Shown here: in pieces, positions 17,145 through 27,766 of the stretch | Position numbering within the stretch: the stretch's first letter is position 1 | How the letters are laid out: every line of letters begins with the position of its first letter | Source of the DNA: a virus | Virus record (IMG/VR): IMGVR_UViG_3300036791_001038 | Location: 13,233 to 77,232 of that record | DNA: 64,000 nt | Strand: one strand, 5' to 3' | The notes under the pieces: model-generated | The model's database searches: none | What the model saw: only the letters and a program-made list of their open reading frames with translations | Told to the model about the DNA's origin: nothing | Position numbers and translations under genes: made by a program

Positions 17145-17528
17145 ATGGCCAACCTGGTCCAAGTAGAAGCCAATGCCATCCTGGCCGCCAGTTCCGGCCA
17201 GGCCACCTACCTCAACGTCACCGCCCCTATCAAGGTGGCCCTGGTGACCGCCACCGGCTCGGCTCTGGCCGCCGGTACCGAGGTGACCGGCGGCAGCTAT
17301 GTCCGCCAGACCATCACCTTCGCCGCCCCCTCGGGGGGTGCCATCGCCTCCAACATCGCCTTGAACTGGACTTCGATGCCCGCCTGCACCGTGACCGGTG
17401 TGGACGAGTACGACAGCACCGCCACGCCGGTTCGCAGGTGGTTCGGTAATCTAAGTGCATCAAAAACGGTGAATGCCGGTGACACGTTCTCGATTGCATC
17501 AGGAAGCTATACAAAGACGTTAAGCTAG
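17145..17528 (+). CDS. Small tail-fibre-associated structural protein
   Basis: GTEVTGGSYVRQTITF..PSGG...N...KTVNAGDT pattern; paralogous to 31750 and 32204. Confidence 0.7.
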   Translation: MANLVQVEANAILAASSGQATYLNVTAPIKVALVTATGSALAAGTEVTGGSYVRQTITFAAPSGGAIASNIALNWTSMPACTVTGVDEYDSTATPVRRWFGNLSASKTVNAGDTFSIASGSYTKTLS

Positions 17529-17537
17529 GACACCACC

Positions 17538-20500
17538 ATGTCGGTTGACCTGTTCACTGACTACTACCGGTGGACGGTCTCCTCGGGTGGTACTACCGCG
17601 CCGGTCGCGGGCACCTCCGAGACCTGGACCGTCGCCTCCTCCACGGGTGCGCCCACGGTCACCGCCGGGGTGTCACAGTTCCGCATCGTGGACGCCGCCG
17701 ATCCCGGCGCGCCCCCGGAGATCATCATCGTCACCAACATCTCCGGCACCACCTGGACGGTGACCAGAGGCGGGGAGGGAGCGGCTCCCTGGGCGCATGT
17801 GGCGGGCTGGACGGCCATCCCGGTCCTCACCGCTGACGCCCTCAACACCCTGGCCAAGTTCCCGCTCGTTGACACCACCCAGACCACGGCGGCTGCCATC
17901 GAGTATGCCACCAGGGTTTCCGGTGATGCTTATCCCCGTTTCGAGATCGAGACCAGCGGGAAGTTGGTCTGGGGCACCGGTACTTATGATCCAGTAGCCA
18001 GTCCAGGTGGTGATCTGAGCTATACCACCACTGTCATGGGCGGATCGTTATCGGGTCTTGTCACCACCGCAAATCCCTGGTTGTCCACGGCCTGGGCTGG
18101 TTTTGGTTACGCCGATACTCGTACTAATGCCTGGACTGATCAGACTCAGGCCAGTACCGCTTTCTTTTCCGGTCATAATCTCGACAACGGTAACTATCGC
18201 TTCCAGATAAACAGCGACGGCGGGTTTATGTGGGGGTCCTACGACACCGCTGGCACCGTCGAAGGCAATCCTGATGTACTCATGACCCATCGCCAGTCCG
18301 CGGCGGGTACCTATGGCAATCAGGGCCTAAATATCATGGCTGGTGACTGGCAACCTGCTGTGCCTGTCCTCTCCGTTGTGGCTCGCGGCTCAGTCATCAA
18401 TAACAGCACTACTTGGCAGACCAGTTTCGGACGCCAAACCGGTGACCTGCTGCGTATACAGGATGGTTCGACCGGCAATATCTGGGCCAAGTTCGACGCC
18501 GAGGGACGCCTCAGCCTCACCCCAAACAACCCGGCTTACATCCCCTTCACTATCCAGGCGGCAGCCAGTCAGACCGGCGATCTCCTCGACATCAAGAGCA
18601 ACGGTGGCGCTCTTCTATCGAGGATCGATTTGGCCGGGACCATCACCACTGGCGCTGTCGGCCTCAGAATCCCACGCACCGATTCGGCTCCGGGTGCCCT
18701 CACCGGCCTGATCTCCTACGGTACAACCTGGGCGTTCAACTTCATTGGGGGTGCTTCGGGCACTGCCTTGACGAGTATCGCCACTTCCGACGTGGGTGGT
18801 GGGGCTGGTCTCGATCGTATCTACTTCCCCCAATACGGTCAGGTGTCAGTCGCTAACATCCTCAGTGTTGGCACGACAGGCGTCAACAGCATGGCGCAGT
18901 TTAACGTGCTATCTAGCGCTACCACCAGCGTCGGTATCGCCATCAAGCTCTTTGCCAGTCAGAGCGCTGACGCTCTCCAGATTCAAAACAGTGCCGGTAC
19001 TATTCTGTCTCGGTTTGACAGCGTTGGGATGTTTAATACTCCGGGTTGGCGGCTTGCTCAGAATGCTGGGACCGCCTACTTGTTCATCCAGGACATGGTC
19101 AACTCGCGGTCACAGATTGGCTTGACTCCGGGTTCAACCACTGCTGGTGCTTTGACCGAGTTCTATTCAACTGTGGCGGTGGATGGCAACTTCAGTTTAG
19201 GTGGTATCGGCTCCTGGGGTGGTGGCTCAGGACCAATGCTATTCATGGCCAATGACACGGCTGATCCCACCGGTAATCCCACGGGCGGGATCATCTTGTT
19301 CTACTCGTCTGGCACGCTGAAGGCCCGAGATCCAAACGGCGTTGTCACCCAAATCACTCCGGGACTCACGCTGGGACCGGCCACGGCGGTATTAGGGCCT
19401 GACGCCTTCGGCGCAGGCTCGGTGGTGGGTTCGAGCAGCCTGTTCGCCCGGCAGGATCACCGACATGGGTTACCGGTGGCACCCACGGCCACAGGCGCGG
19501 CCTCGGGAGATCTGTCCGGCACCTATCCCGGTCCCACCGTGGCCAAGGTCAACGGCACCAGCGTCCCGGCCCTGCCCACCGCTGGTCAGGTCCTCACCGC
19601 CATCTCGGGGACCTCGGCCGCCTGGCAGGTCCCTGCGGCACCGGGGGTGAGCTTCCCGCTCACCAATGTTGCGTCGGGCAGCACCGTCGCCCAGTACCAG
19701 ACGAGAGTCACTGGTGACACTCAGTATCGCTTCGTAATGTGGGCTGACGGCACCTTGTTGTGGGGACCGGGTGGCAGCGCCGGGATCGACACCTCTATCG
19801 CGCGTAGCGGTCCTGGAGCGCTGGATCTAAATCCTGGCGCGCTGGCCATCCACGGCACCGCCGTGGGCACAAGCGCACTCAACATCGTGGCTCCAAGCGC
19901 CAGTCAGACCGCGGCTCTCTTGGCGATCTACGGCGTGTCCGGCATGTCGGCCAACCTCATTCAGACCCAGGGCACGGGTGGCGGCTTCAGCGTCTTTCCT
20001 ACTGGCCAGATCTCTGGTCTCTCCGCCCAGGGACATCAGTTCTCCACCACCGCCGGATATGCCAGCAACTTCAACGCCATCATCGCCCAGCCCGCTGCGG
20101 CCACCGACATAGCCCTGATATTGACCATGGCGGCCTCGCAGAGCGCCGACGCCCTGCGGATCCGTAATAGCGCCTTCACCGTCCTGGCGGGCTTCAACGC
20201 CTCCGGCCAGTTCTACCTGGGGGCGGCTCCCACCTATGGGGGAGGCACCGGCCCCATGGTCTACCTGGGCAACGACACCGCCGATCCCAGTGCCAATCCC
20301 ACGGGCGGAACCATCATCTACTCGGCGGCCGGAGTGCTGAAGGCTCGTACTCCTGATGGCACCGTCACTCAGATCGCGCCCGCCGTTGGCGGTGTGTCCT
20401 TCCCGCTGTCAAACTCGGCTGCCGCGGCCACCACCGTCGAGTACCAGACCAACGTCACCGGCATTGACACCCAGTACCGCTTCAGCATCAACGCCCGAGG

Positions 20501-23500
20501 AGACCACTTCTGGGGGACCGGCAGCGCCGTCACCGACACCCAGCTTGGTCGCACCGGCAATGGCATTCTCAGCCTGACTGCAAGCGCTCGGGCGGTCCTC
20601 AGCGTGCAGGGTGGGATTGGCATCACCGAGCAGTCCGCCTCCGCCACCCCGCTGAACATCCAGGCCGCCGTCAGCCAGACCGGCCCACTCACGTCCTGGG
20701 CCAACTCCTCTGGCCAGGTCATCACCTGGATCGACTCCGCTGGCAACTTCAATACCTGGGTGGCGGCCGACACCGTGGCCCGCTTCAACCTCAACGCCAA
20801 CGGGTCCATGTCCTGGGGTGTGGGCAACGCCGGGCGCGACACCGGCCTCTTTCGCTCGGCCGCGGGCGCGCTGGCGGTGGGCGGTAGTGCTAACGGTGTT
20901 CAGGGCTGGGACATCGGCAATCTCGGGCTCAGCGGTTCCCTGGCCGGGATCGTGGCCCACGGCTACAGCGGCACCACCGCCTTCTCCTTGGCCGGGGATG
21001 GCTCCCAGACCATCCTCAATGCCACCAATGCCGTCTATTGCCGTATCGGCGGCTCTACCAGCCTCTGGAGCGGATCCTCTGGCGGCACCAGCTTCAACAG
21101 CCCCACGGCCTGGGCCACCGCTACCCTCTCCTCCACCGTTCTGGCCGGTATCGGCATCAACTCCAGCGCCACCATCGGACTGCAAATCACCGCCAACTCC
21201 ACCCAGAACGCCGACCTCATGCAGTGGCGCAACAGCACCCCGGCGGTGCTGGGTGGCATCAACAGCGCGGGACAGATGTACTTCGGAGCCAGCCCCAGCT
21301 TCGCGGGTGGCACCGGCCCCATGGTCTACCTGGGTACCGACACCGCTGACCCGTCCAGCAATCCCACGGCCGGGATCCTCCTGTTCTACTCGGCTGGGGT
21401 GCTGAAGACGCGTGATCCCAACGGTGTCGTCACCCAGATCGCCCCGGCCCTGACGACTGGGCCAGCTACGGGGGTCATAGGACCGGATGCCTTCGGGGCA
21501 GGCTCCAGCGTGGGTAATAGCACGCTGTTCGCTCGGGGAGATCACGATCACGGTTTGCCCCCCGCACCGGTAGTCCCCACCGCTTCAACCACTGTTGCCG
21601 GTCCTCCTGCCTTCGGGGCGGCCTCAGCAGCAGGGAGCAGCCTCAACTGGTCGCGGGGCGATCACGTTCACGGGCTGCCAGCGGCACCGGCCGCGAGCTT
21701 CCCGCTCACCAATACGGCGGCCACAGGATCCACCGTTCAATATCAGACCAACGTCTCAGGTGATACCAACTACCGCTTCCAGATCAACGCGTTTGGCTCC
21801 ATGTACTGGGGACCGGGCAATGCTGCCACCGACACCCAACTGCTGCGAACGGCGGTCGGAACACTGGCGCTTTACAACGCCCTTTCGATTCAAGGCAGCG
21901 CCGCCATCGTCCCGCTACTCATCCAGGGGGCATCAGGTCAGACCGCCAATCTGTTCACCATCAGTGCCAGCAGCGGGACTCCGCTCAGTGTCAGTTCCAT
22001 CGGAGCGGTCACCCTTACCGCTCAAGCCGCCGCTTCAGTCCCGCTGATCATCAAAGGGGCTGCCAGCCAGTCCGGGTCACTGATGCAGCTTCAGAACAGC
22101 ACTGGCGCGCTCCTAGCCCAGTTCAGCCAGGTGGGCAACCTGGCCATCACCTCCTCGCCGTCATCCACCGTCAGCTTGACTCCGGCCGGTGGTGGCCAGG
22201 TCGTCCTCGACCTCAACAACGGCACCAACGAGTTCTACCTGTACGCCAACGTCAGCGACGCGAATCTGTACCTGCGGGACATGAAGAATGCCAGAATGCA
22301 TGTCACCTTTAGTCCTGCGGCGACCGCGGCGACGGCTCAGACCATTGTTAGCTCACAGCTTGTGGTCCAGAGCAATGTCAGCGTCAACCCTGCGGCTAGT
22401 ACTGATGCGAATATCGTCATCAACAATCCTGGATATAATGGGGACAACTGGTTTACTCTCAACCGGGGTGGCGCTGGCAACGAGCGGCTAAGGATCCTGG
22501 CTGCCGGTGGTGGTAGCACCGGCCTCAACAACGTCTATACCGTAGATCGGATCAATACCGCTACCGGTCTCTTACGCGATCTGTCGTTCAGGACATCCCA
22601 GGACAATGGATCTACTTATGCCATGCAGTTCAACCTGACTGGAGGGGGTGACATAGGTATCGGTGGCACCGGCAAGATCACCACTGCTCTCACCGAACTG
22701 ATCCTGGAGGAGACCGGCGACGCGGGTGGTGCCAGTCGTCTGCATATACAGAACCGTGGAGGTCTGGCTGGCGCGCTAATCGAAAGCACCGGCAATCCCA
22801 TCACCGATCTGGGCTTCAAAGCTGTCGGTGTCAACCAGGCGATCGTTCGTTTGGAGGGGCGTGCCGCGTACATCGGTGACGTAGGCAACGGCACCACCAA
22901 TGGTGACCTCCAGTTGCAGCCCAACCAACAGCAGGCAGCTTGGTTCGGGATGGTTGGTTCTGGTGTCACAGGCCGGTTCAGCCTGGGCGTCAACCCTCAA
23001 GCGGCCACCTGGGGTGGTGGCTCGGGCGGGATGCTGTACATCGGCAACAACACGGGTGATCCAAACGGCAGCGTTACTGGCGGAACCCTCCTTTTCTCCT
23101 CAGCGGGCGTACTCAAGGCCAAGACCCCGAATGGCACCGTGACGCCCCTGGCCCCTGGAGGGGCCTACGCTCCGGTCAGCGCTGGTACGGCCCCCAACGC
23201 CAGCAATCCGGGTGCTGTGCCGCCCATGGGCCTGCTCTGGGTGGACACCAGCGTCACGGGTGCATCGTTCGTCGGCCCACCGGGGTCACCGGACATGGGG
23301 GTGAGCGCGGCTGCGGTCGATCTGAACACCTACCAGACCACCGGGGTGTACGGCCTGACCGGCACTCTCACCAACGCCCCGACCAACGTGGTCAGCCCGA
23401 TCATCCTGCAAGTCACCACGGTGGGCAGCGGTACGTACATCCTGCAACAACTATCCTCGATCACCAACCCGCAATGGGTCTTCACACGGGCATATGCATC

Positions 23501-23921
23501 GGGAGCATGGGCGGCCTGGCGATCCCCCATGGGTCCACCCGCCACCTATCTCACTGTTTTTGGTGGATCTTTTACGACCAGCGGCACCGTTGTAACCACC
23601 CTGGGCTCTATCACCATTCCGGCTCAACCCTATGCCCAACGAGTTCGACTCTCGCTCATTCTTTCTGCTAGCCAGACGGTGGCTGCGGATGGGTTCCAGA
23701 CAAATCTGGGTATCACCAGCGGTCTCTCCTCGGGCTCCATCGCTCGTTATTCGGGTGCCTTCTGGACCTCTCACTCGACTCTCGCCTACACCTTGCCCGC
23801 CAACACGGCTGATGCCACATCAGCGTTGATAAGCCGATCGGCAGGCACCGGGACCGCCACGACAGTCAACGATGCTCGGTACAACCATGTGGATGTCGAA
23901 CTCTGGCCGGTGGGGGTCTGA
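17538..23921 (+). CDS. Long tail fibre (2127 aa) with modular internal repeats and a pyocin-knob-like domain
   Basis: G/A/T/S-rich; repeated SFPL..QYQT.V.GD..YRF, GPM.YLGNDTADP..NPT and AR.DH.HGLP units; DLNTYQTTGVY..NAP..WAAW knob-like segment. Confidence 0.8.
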   Translation: MSVDLFTDYYRWTVSSGGTTAPVAGTSETWTVASSTGAPTVTAGVSQFRIVDAADPGAPPEIIIVTNISGTTWTVTRGGEGAAPWAHVAGWTAIPVLTADALNTLAKFPLVDTTQTTAAAIEYATRVSGDAYPRFEIETSGKLVWGTGTYDPVASPGGDLSYTTTVMGGSLSGLVTTANPWLSTAWAGFGYADTRTNAWTDQTQASTAFFSGHNLDNGNYRFQINSDGGFMWGSYDTAGTVEGNPDVLMTHRQSAAGTYGNQGLNIMAGDWQPAVPVLSVVARGSVINNSTTWQTSFGRQTGDLLRIQDGSTGNIWAKFDAEGRLSLTPNNPAYIPFTIQAAASQTGDLLDIKSNGGALLSRIDLAGTITTGAVGLRIPRTDSAPGALTGLISYGTTWAFNFIGGASGTALTSIATSDVGGGAGLDRIYFPQYGQVSVANILSVGTTGVNSMAQFNVLSSATTSVGIAIKLFASQSADALQIQNSAGTILSRFDSVGMFNTPGWRLAQNAGTAYLFIQDMVNSRSQIGLTPGSTTAGALTEFYSTVAVDGNFSLGGIGSWGGGSGPMLFMANDTADPTGNPTGGIILFYSSGTLKARDPNGVVTQITPGLTLGPATAVLGPDAFGAGSVVGSSSLFARQDHRHGLPVAPTATGAASGDLSGTYPGPTVAKVNGTSVPALPTAGQVLTAISGTSAAWQVPAAPGVSFPLTNVASGSTVAQYQTRVTGDTQYRFVMWADGTLLWGPGGSAGIDTSIARSGPGALDLNPGALAIHGTAVGTSALNIVAPSASQTAALLAIYGVSGMSANLIQTQGTGGGFSVFPTGQISGLSAQGHQFSTTAGYASNFNAIIAQPAAATDIALILTMAASQSADALRIRNSAFTVLAGFNASGQFYLGAAPTYGGGTGPMVYLGNDTADPSANPTGGTIIYSAAGVLKARTPDGTVTQIAPAVGGVSFPLSNSAAAATTVEYQTNVTGIDTQYRFSINARGDHFWGTGSAVTDTQLGRTGNGILSLTASARAVLSVQGGIGITEQSASATPLNIQAAVSQTGPLTSWANSSGQVITWIDSAGNFNTWVAADTVARFNLNANGSMSWGVGNAGRDTGLFRSAAGALAVGGSANGVQGWDIGNLGLSGSLAGIVAHGYSGTTAFSLAGDGSQTILNATNAVYCRIGGSTSLWSGSSGGTSFNSPTAWATATLSSTVLAGIGINSSATIGLQITANSTQNADLMQWRNSTPAVLGGINSAGQMYFGASPSFAGGTGPMVYLGTDTADPSSNPTAGILLFYSAGVLKTRDPNGVVTQIAPALTTGPATGVIGPDAFGAGSSVGNSTLFARGDHDHGLPPAPVVPTASTTVAGPPAFGAASAAGSSLNWSRGDHVHGLPAAPAASFPLTNTAATGSTVQYQTNVSGDTNYRFQINAFGSMYWGPGNAATDTQLLRTAVGTLALYNALSIQGSAAIVPLLIQGASGQTANLFTISASSGTPLSVSSIGAVTLTAQAAASVPLIIKGAASQSGSLMQLQNSTGALLAQFSQVGNLAITSSPSSTVSLTPAGGGQVVLDLNNGTNEFYLYANVSDANLYLRDMKNARMHVTFSPAATAATAQTIVSSQLVVQSNVSVNPAASTDANIVINNPGYNGDNWFTLNRGGAGNERLRILAAGGGSTGLNNVYTVDRINTATGLLRDLSFRTSQDNGSTYAMQFNLTGGGDIGIGGTGKITTALTELILEETGDAGGASRLHIQNRGGLAGALIESTGNPITDLGFKAVGVNQAIVRLEGRAAYIGDVGNGTTNGDLQLQPNQQQAAWFGMVGSGVTGRFSLGVNPQAATWGGGSGGMLYIGNNTGDPNGSVTGGTLLFSSAGVLKAKTPNGTVTPLAPGGAYAPVSAGTAPNASNPGAVPPMGLLWVDTSVTGASFVGPPGSPDMGVSAAAVDLNTYQTTGVYGLTGTLTNAPTNVVSPIILQVTTVGSGTYILQQLSSITNPQWVFTRAYASGAWAAWRSPMGPPATYLTVFGGSFTTSGTVVTTLGSITIPAQPYAQRVRLSLILSASQTVAADGFQTNLGITSGLSSGSIARYSGAFWTSHSTLAYTLPANTADATSALISRSAGTGTATTVNDARYNHVDVELWPVGV

Positions 23922-24820
23922 TGCCCGCCCTCAAGTACTGGGATGCCGGAAGCAATCAGTACGTATTGCTCATGCCGGGGACACCGACCACCTTCCCGCT
24001 AATCTACACCCAGACCTTGAGCGCTCCCACGGTGGTGTCGTCGCCCTATCAGGTCAACCACAATCTCGGTACCACCACGCCGTTGGTGCAGGCATATGAC
24101 GCCGTGACCGGCCAGCTTGTCATGGTGGCCATCACGGTGGCCAACAGCAACTCCATCCAGGTCAGCGTGTCGGCCAACATGCCGAATAACATCAACGTGG
24201 TCGTGGTTGGCACCGCTCAGGCGACAGTACCAGTACAGCCCGCGGACGTGGCCAATAAGTCCTATGTTGACGCTCGCACCCCCAACTTGCCTGCGCCGGT
24301 TACCAGCGGCTCAGGTGTCCAGAGCTTCACAGATGCTCTCGGGGATGTGTGGGTGGCAGTCAATGGTGTGTACTCAGGCAACTGGCGACGTGCTAAGGAT
24401 GTAATCCGTGCCAGGGTCTACCGGGTGGCCGCCTTCACGGCTGGGGCAGCCGGGTACACCATCGTTCCTTACGACACGGTTTCGGATGACGCCTTTGGTG
24501 GGTGGACGTTGGGTGCCAATGCCCTCTACACCTGTCCAATAGCCGGTAGGTACTCTGCCTCTGCCCGTGGTGGTTGGGCTGTCACCGGGGCAACACGGGG
24601 CTTTATCAGCATCTACAGGCAGGGTGGCGAAGCGTATCGTGGCACTGATATTTCCACCACCACTGCCTCTATCCCACTGAGTGTTGTTGTGACAAGTTCT
24701 CTTCTTGTGAATGCTAACGACCAACTACAAGCAAGACTCTACTGCTCTGTTGCCTCCTTAGTCATGGAGGTCGCTCAGATCTTGGCATACATGGATGTGC
24801 AATACATAGGGCCGGTTTGA
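23921..24820 (+). CDS. Tail fibre/receptor-binding protein, C1q-like C-terminus (paralog 1)
   Basis: HNLGT motif, ANKSYVD, shared NLPAPVTSG..SFTD..G.VWVA.NGV module and YTCPIAGRY. Confidence 0.7.
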   Translation: MPALKYWDAGSNQYVLLMPGTPTTFPLIYTQTLSAPTVVSSPYQVNHNLGTTTPLVQAYDAVTGQLVMVAITVANSNSIQVSVSANMPNNINVVVVGTAQATVPVQPADVANKSYVDARTPNLPAPVTSGSGVQSFTDALGDVWVAVNGVYSGNWRRAKDVIRARVYRVAAFTAGAAGYTIVPYDTVSDDAFGGWTLGANALYTCPIAGRYSASARGGWAVTGATRGFISIYRQGGEAYRGTDISTTTASIPLSVVVTSSLLVNANDQLQARLYCSVASLVMEVAQILAYMDVQYIGPV

Positions 24821-25986
24821 TGGCCAAACTTAGCTCGTTGATGAACGCCTTTGTTAGTGGTCTTAGCAATCCTCCTTGGGCCAGTGCAAATGCGGCCGGA
24901 GGCTCATTTTCGGCTGTTGGACAACTGGTTTTGAATGTCCCGGTGAACACGGTTAGCTCCGCTGCATCACTAGTCACTTACAGTGGGGGCTACATCTACT
25001 GGGATATCACCGAGAGTTACATCGTCGTTCAGGTGGTGAATGCTGGGACTCAAAATGCCACTCTTGAACTGTGGTGCCCGCAGTTGGTTGATACCTCTGG
25101 TAACTGGTTTGGCTGGCACATCATCAACGGCCAGATCCAGGCCGACTACGAGGGCACCATCGTAGCCTCGGCCACTTACTCAGCCATCACCCACGCCTGG
25201 CTGAGGATACGTGAGACCGCCAGTACGACCTATTTCGATTTCTCATCTGACGGTGTGAACTGGACGAATCTCACCTCTTACGCTGACTCAGCCCACACCT
25301 ATGTGGCCACCGCCGTTTACCCCAACTTCTACCTGGGCAGCAACAGCAGCGGCACCAATCCCGCGTCCTCAGCGACCCTCGACAACCTTAACCTGCCGCC
25401 CGTTCCTGTTCAGATACCCAACTATGCCGTCACCGACAACCTGCCTGCTCCTCTGACCTCGGGCACCACCATCCAGAGCTTCACTGATGTCGGAGGTGAG
25501 ATCTGGGTGGCTAAGAACGGCGTCAATGGTGGCACCTGGAACCGGGCGCGTGACGTGTTGAAGGGCATAATCACCCGGAATGCGGCCTACAACATGCCTA
25601 CCGCTACCACGGGCGGCGGAGGCATCATCGCCTTCGATGCCGTTGCCAAGGACGTGTACGGCATGTACACGGGTGCTAGTAACTACGGCTATACGGCCTT
25701 CATCGGCGGCTGGTACCAAGCCTTTGTCATCATTCAGGTCGTCTGCACGGTGGCCAATGCTTTCGTCCAGGGTTCCATCAAGGTCAACAACACCACCCTG
25801 TGGTCGAGTGACAACGAGTTCAGTGCCCTGGCGTCTGGAGGTGGCTTGCTCTGGCGCAGTAGCGCCCTGTTGTTCTTGAACGCCGGGGACATCGTCAACA
25901 CGGTCGCTTATAATGCCCAAGGGTTCGCAGTGTCTGCGGGTGCTTCTGTCACTCACATGGACTTTGAGTATGTGGGGTCAGGATGA
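24820..25986 (+). CDS. Receptor-binding protein: lectin-like N-terminus plus C1q-like C-terminus (paralog 2)
   Basis: HAWLRIRE....YFDFSSDGVNWT lectin-like segment, then the shared module. Confidence 0.7.
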   Translation: MAKLSSLMNAFVSGLSNPPWASANAAGGSFSAVGQLVLNVPVNTVSSAASLVTYSGGYIYWDITESYIVVQVVNAGTQNATLELWCPQLVDTSGNWFGWHIINGQIQADYEGTIVASATYSAITHAWLRIRETASTTYFDFSSDGVNWTNLTSYADSAHTYVATAVYPNFYLGSNSSGTNPASSATLDNLNLPPVPVQIPNYAVTDNLPAPLTSGTTIQSFTDVGGEIWVAKNGVNGGTWNRARDVLKGIITRNAAYNMPTATTGGGGIIAFDAVAKDVYGMYTGASNYGYTAFIGGWYQAFVIIQVVCTVANAFVQGSIKVNNTTLWSSDNEFSALASGGGLLWRSSALLFLNAGDIVNTVAYNAQGFAVSAGASVTHMDFEYVGSG

Positions 25987-26558
25987 GTATTCAATCCACT
26001 TACGCGCCAGCTAACAATCTCCCCAATCCTATTGTCTCGGGATCGGGCATCCAGGGTTACACCGATGTCAACGGTGAAGTATGGGTCGCTGCCAATGGAG
26101 TGAACGGAGGAAACTGGAGCAAGGCTCGGGAGGCATTACATGCCGTCGTCGGTCGAGCGGCAGCCTTTACCTGTCCTACCGGTGTCACCACGTTTGGCTG
26201 GGACACCATCGTTCATGATACCTACGGGATGTTTTCCGGTGGTCCCAACTACGGTTTCAACATCCCGGTAGCTGGTAGCTATCGACTGTTCGCTCAGTAT
26301 GCGGCAGGTTGTCAGTCCGCTCAGTACTGTGGCATCCGTCATTATTACAACGATGGACATGGTGGTAGCGCCCTGCTGACCAACGAGAACAAGATAATGA
26401 ATCAATCATCGGGGAACGTTGTGATCTACTCCCTGGCGATCAGCTTCAACGCCCAGCCGGGATGGTGGTATTACGTCATGTATTGGCAGCCCAATGGAGG
26501 GGCTGGTGTTCCCGGTGTTCAATGTCGCTACTCGATCAGCTACATAGGTGCGCCATGA
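25983..26558 (+). CDS. Receptor-binding protein, C1q-like (paralog 3)
   Basis: Shared module plus IPVAGSYR. Confidence 0.7.
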   Translation: MSIQSTYAPANNLPNPIVSGSGIQGYTDVNGEVWVAANGVNGGNWSKAREALHAVVGRAAAFTCPTGVTTFGWDTIVHDTYGMFSGGPNYGFNIPVAGSYRLFAQYAAGCQSAQYCGIRHYYNDGHGGSALLTNENKIMNQSSGNVVIYSLAISFNAQPGWWYYVMYWQPNGGAGVPGVQCRYSISYIGAP

Positions 26559-27115
26559 GCATTGCTACCTATACTCCTGTTAATGATCTGATCGCCCCGG
26601 TTACCACTGGTGGCATCCAGAGTTTCATCGACGTGTACGGGGATGTCTGGGTAGCCAAGCCGGGAGTCAATGGCGGAGCGTGGCGCAAAGCCCGTGACGT
26701 ATTGCATGCTGTTATCTACCGCAATGCCGCCTGGTCAACCGGGAACACCATTGTGGTGGCCTTCGACACGGTGGTGCGTGACACCTATGGCATGTTCTCC
26801 AGCAACGGGTATCTCATCCCGGTGGCAGGTTGGTATCGGATCCAGGGAACCTGCAACGGCAACGTGACGGCTTTGGGCCAATACATGATCGCTTACATCT
26901 ACGGTGGTAGTCCCACGGCAGGCACCCAGCTTTCCTCGACCAACGTCACCGATCCGCTAACCGGTGGCGGGTGTGCCTGCCGCACCTGGACCGACACCTA
27001 CTGTAACGCTGGCGATCTGATCCAACTGAGGATGTATCAGGCTGGCTTCCCCATCAATGCCCAGGTGGGGCAGGCCAACACTCGCCTGGAGATCTCGTTC
27101 ACAGGGACTGGCTAA
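26555..27115 (+). CDS. Receptor-binding protein, C1q-like (paralog 4)
   Basis: ATGA-coupled start at 26555; shared module plus IPVAGWYR...NAGDLIQL. Confidence 0.7.
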   Translation: MSIATYTPVNDLIAPVTTGGIQSFIDVYGDVWVAKPGVNGGAWRKARDVLHAVIYRNAAWSTGNTIVVAFDTVVRDTYGMFSSNGYLIPVAGWYRIQGTCNGNVTALGQYMIAYIYGGSPTAGTQLSSTNVTDPLTGGGCACRTWTDTYCNAGDLIQLRMYQAGFPINAQVGQANTRLEISFTGTG

Positions 27116-27124
27116 GGAGAATCG

Positions 27125-27730
27125 ATGAGCTACCTGACCTATGCATTCCTCACCGAGGACGTGAACTTCGGACGACGATCCCGTGCCTGCATCAACGAGA
27201 CCGCCAACTCGCTCAATCAGTCTGACAATCCTGCCATCGCGGCATTGGCTACTGATCTGTTGAAGCAAGAGGCTTTGCAGACCACGGTCATGCTCAACTC
27301 CATCTGTGCTGGTCCGAACTTCAGCATCATTGTGGACAATGGCGATGGCACCATCGATTCGACCAAGATCTCCGACGAGGACATCAAGGCCCATACCCAG
27401 GCCATGTTCACTGAGGTGGCCTGGGTCTTCTACCCTGATTTGACAGCACCACCTGACATACCTCCTGATGAGGTGCCTCCTGATGAGGTCACGGTGACCG
27501 ACATCTCGCCTATTAGCGGAGATAAGAACGGCGGTACCACCGTGACCATCACCGGCACTGGCTTGACCGGGACCACCGACGTGACCATCAGCAACCCCTG
27601 CACCAACGTCACCGTGGTCTCCGACACCACCGTCACCGCCATCACCCCAACCGCCGCCAAAGCCACGTTCCCCGTGATCGTGACGGTGGACGGCGTTGAG
27701 GTCACTGGCCCGAACTACCAGTACATCTAG
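27125..27730 (+). CDS. Virion protein with a C-terminal IPT/TIG (Ig-like) domain
   Basis: VTDISPISG...GGTTVTITGTGL...VVSDTTVTAITP. Confidence 0.75.
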   Translation: MSYLTYAFLTEDVNFGRRSRACINETANSLNQSDNPAIAALATDLLKQEALQTTVMLNSICAGPNFSIIVDNGDGTIDSTKISDEDIKAHTQAMFTEVAWVFYPDLTAPPDIPPDEVPPDEVTVTDISPISGDKNGGTTVTITGTGLTGTTDVTISNPCTNVTVVSDTTVTAITPTAAKATFPVIVTVDGVEVTGPNYQYI

Positions 27731-27766
27731 ATTCGATATCCATCCACCTAATCACCCGGAGGTGCT

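Noticed and set aside
23921-27115. Diversity-generating retroelement or shufflon acting on the fibre tips
   Set aside because: No reverse transcriptase, invertase, inverted repeats or adenine-specific TR/VR pair was seen in the window.
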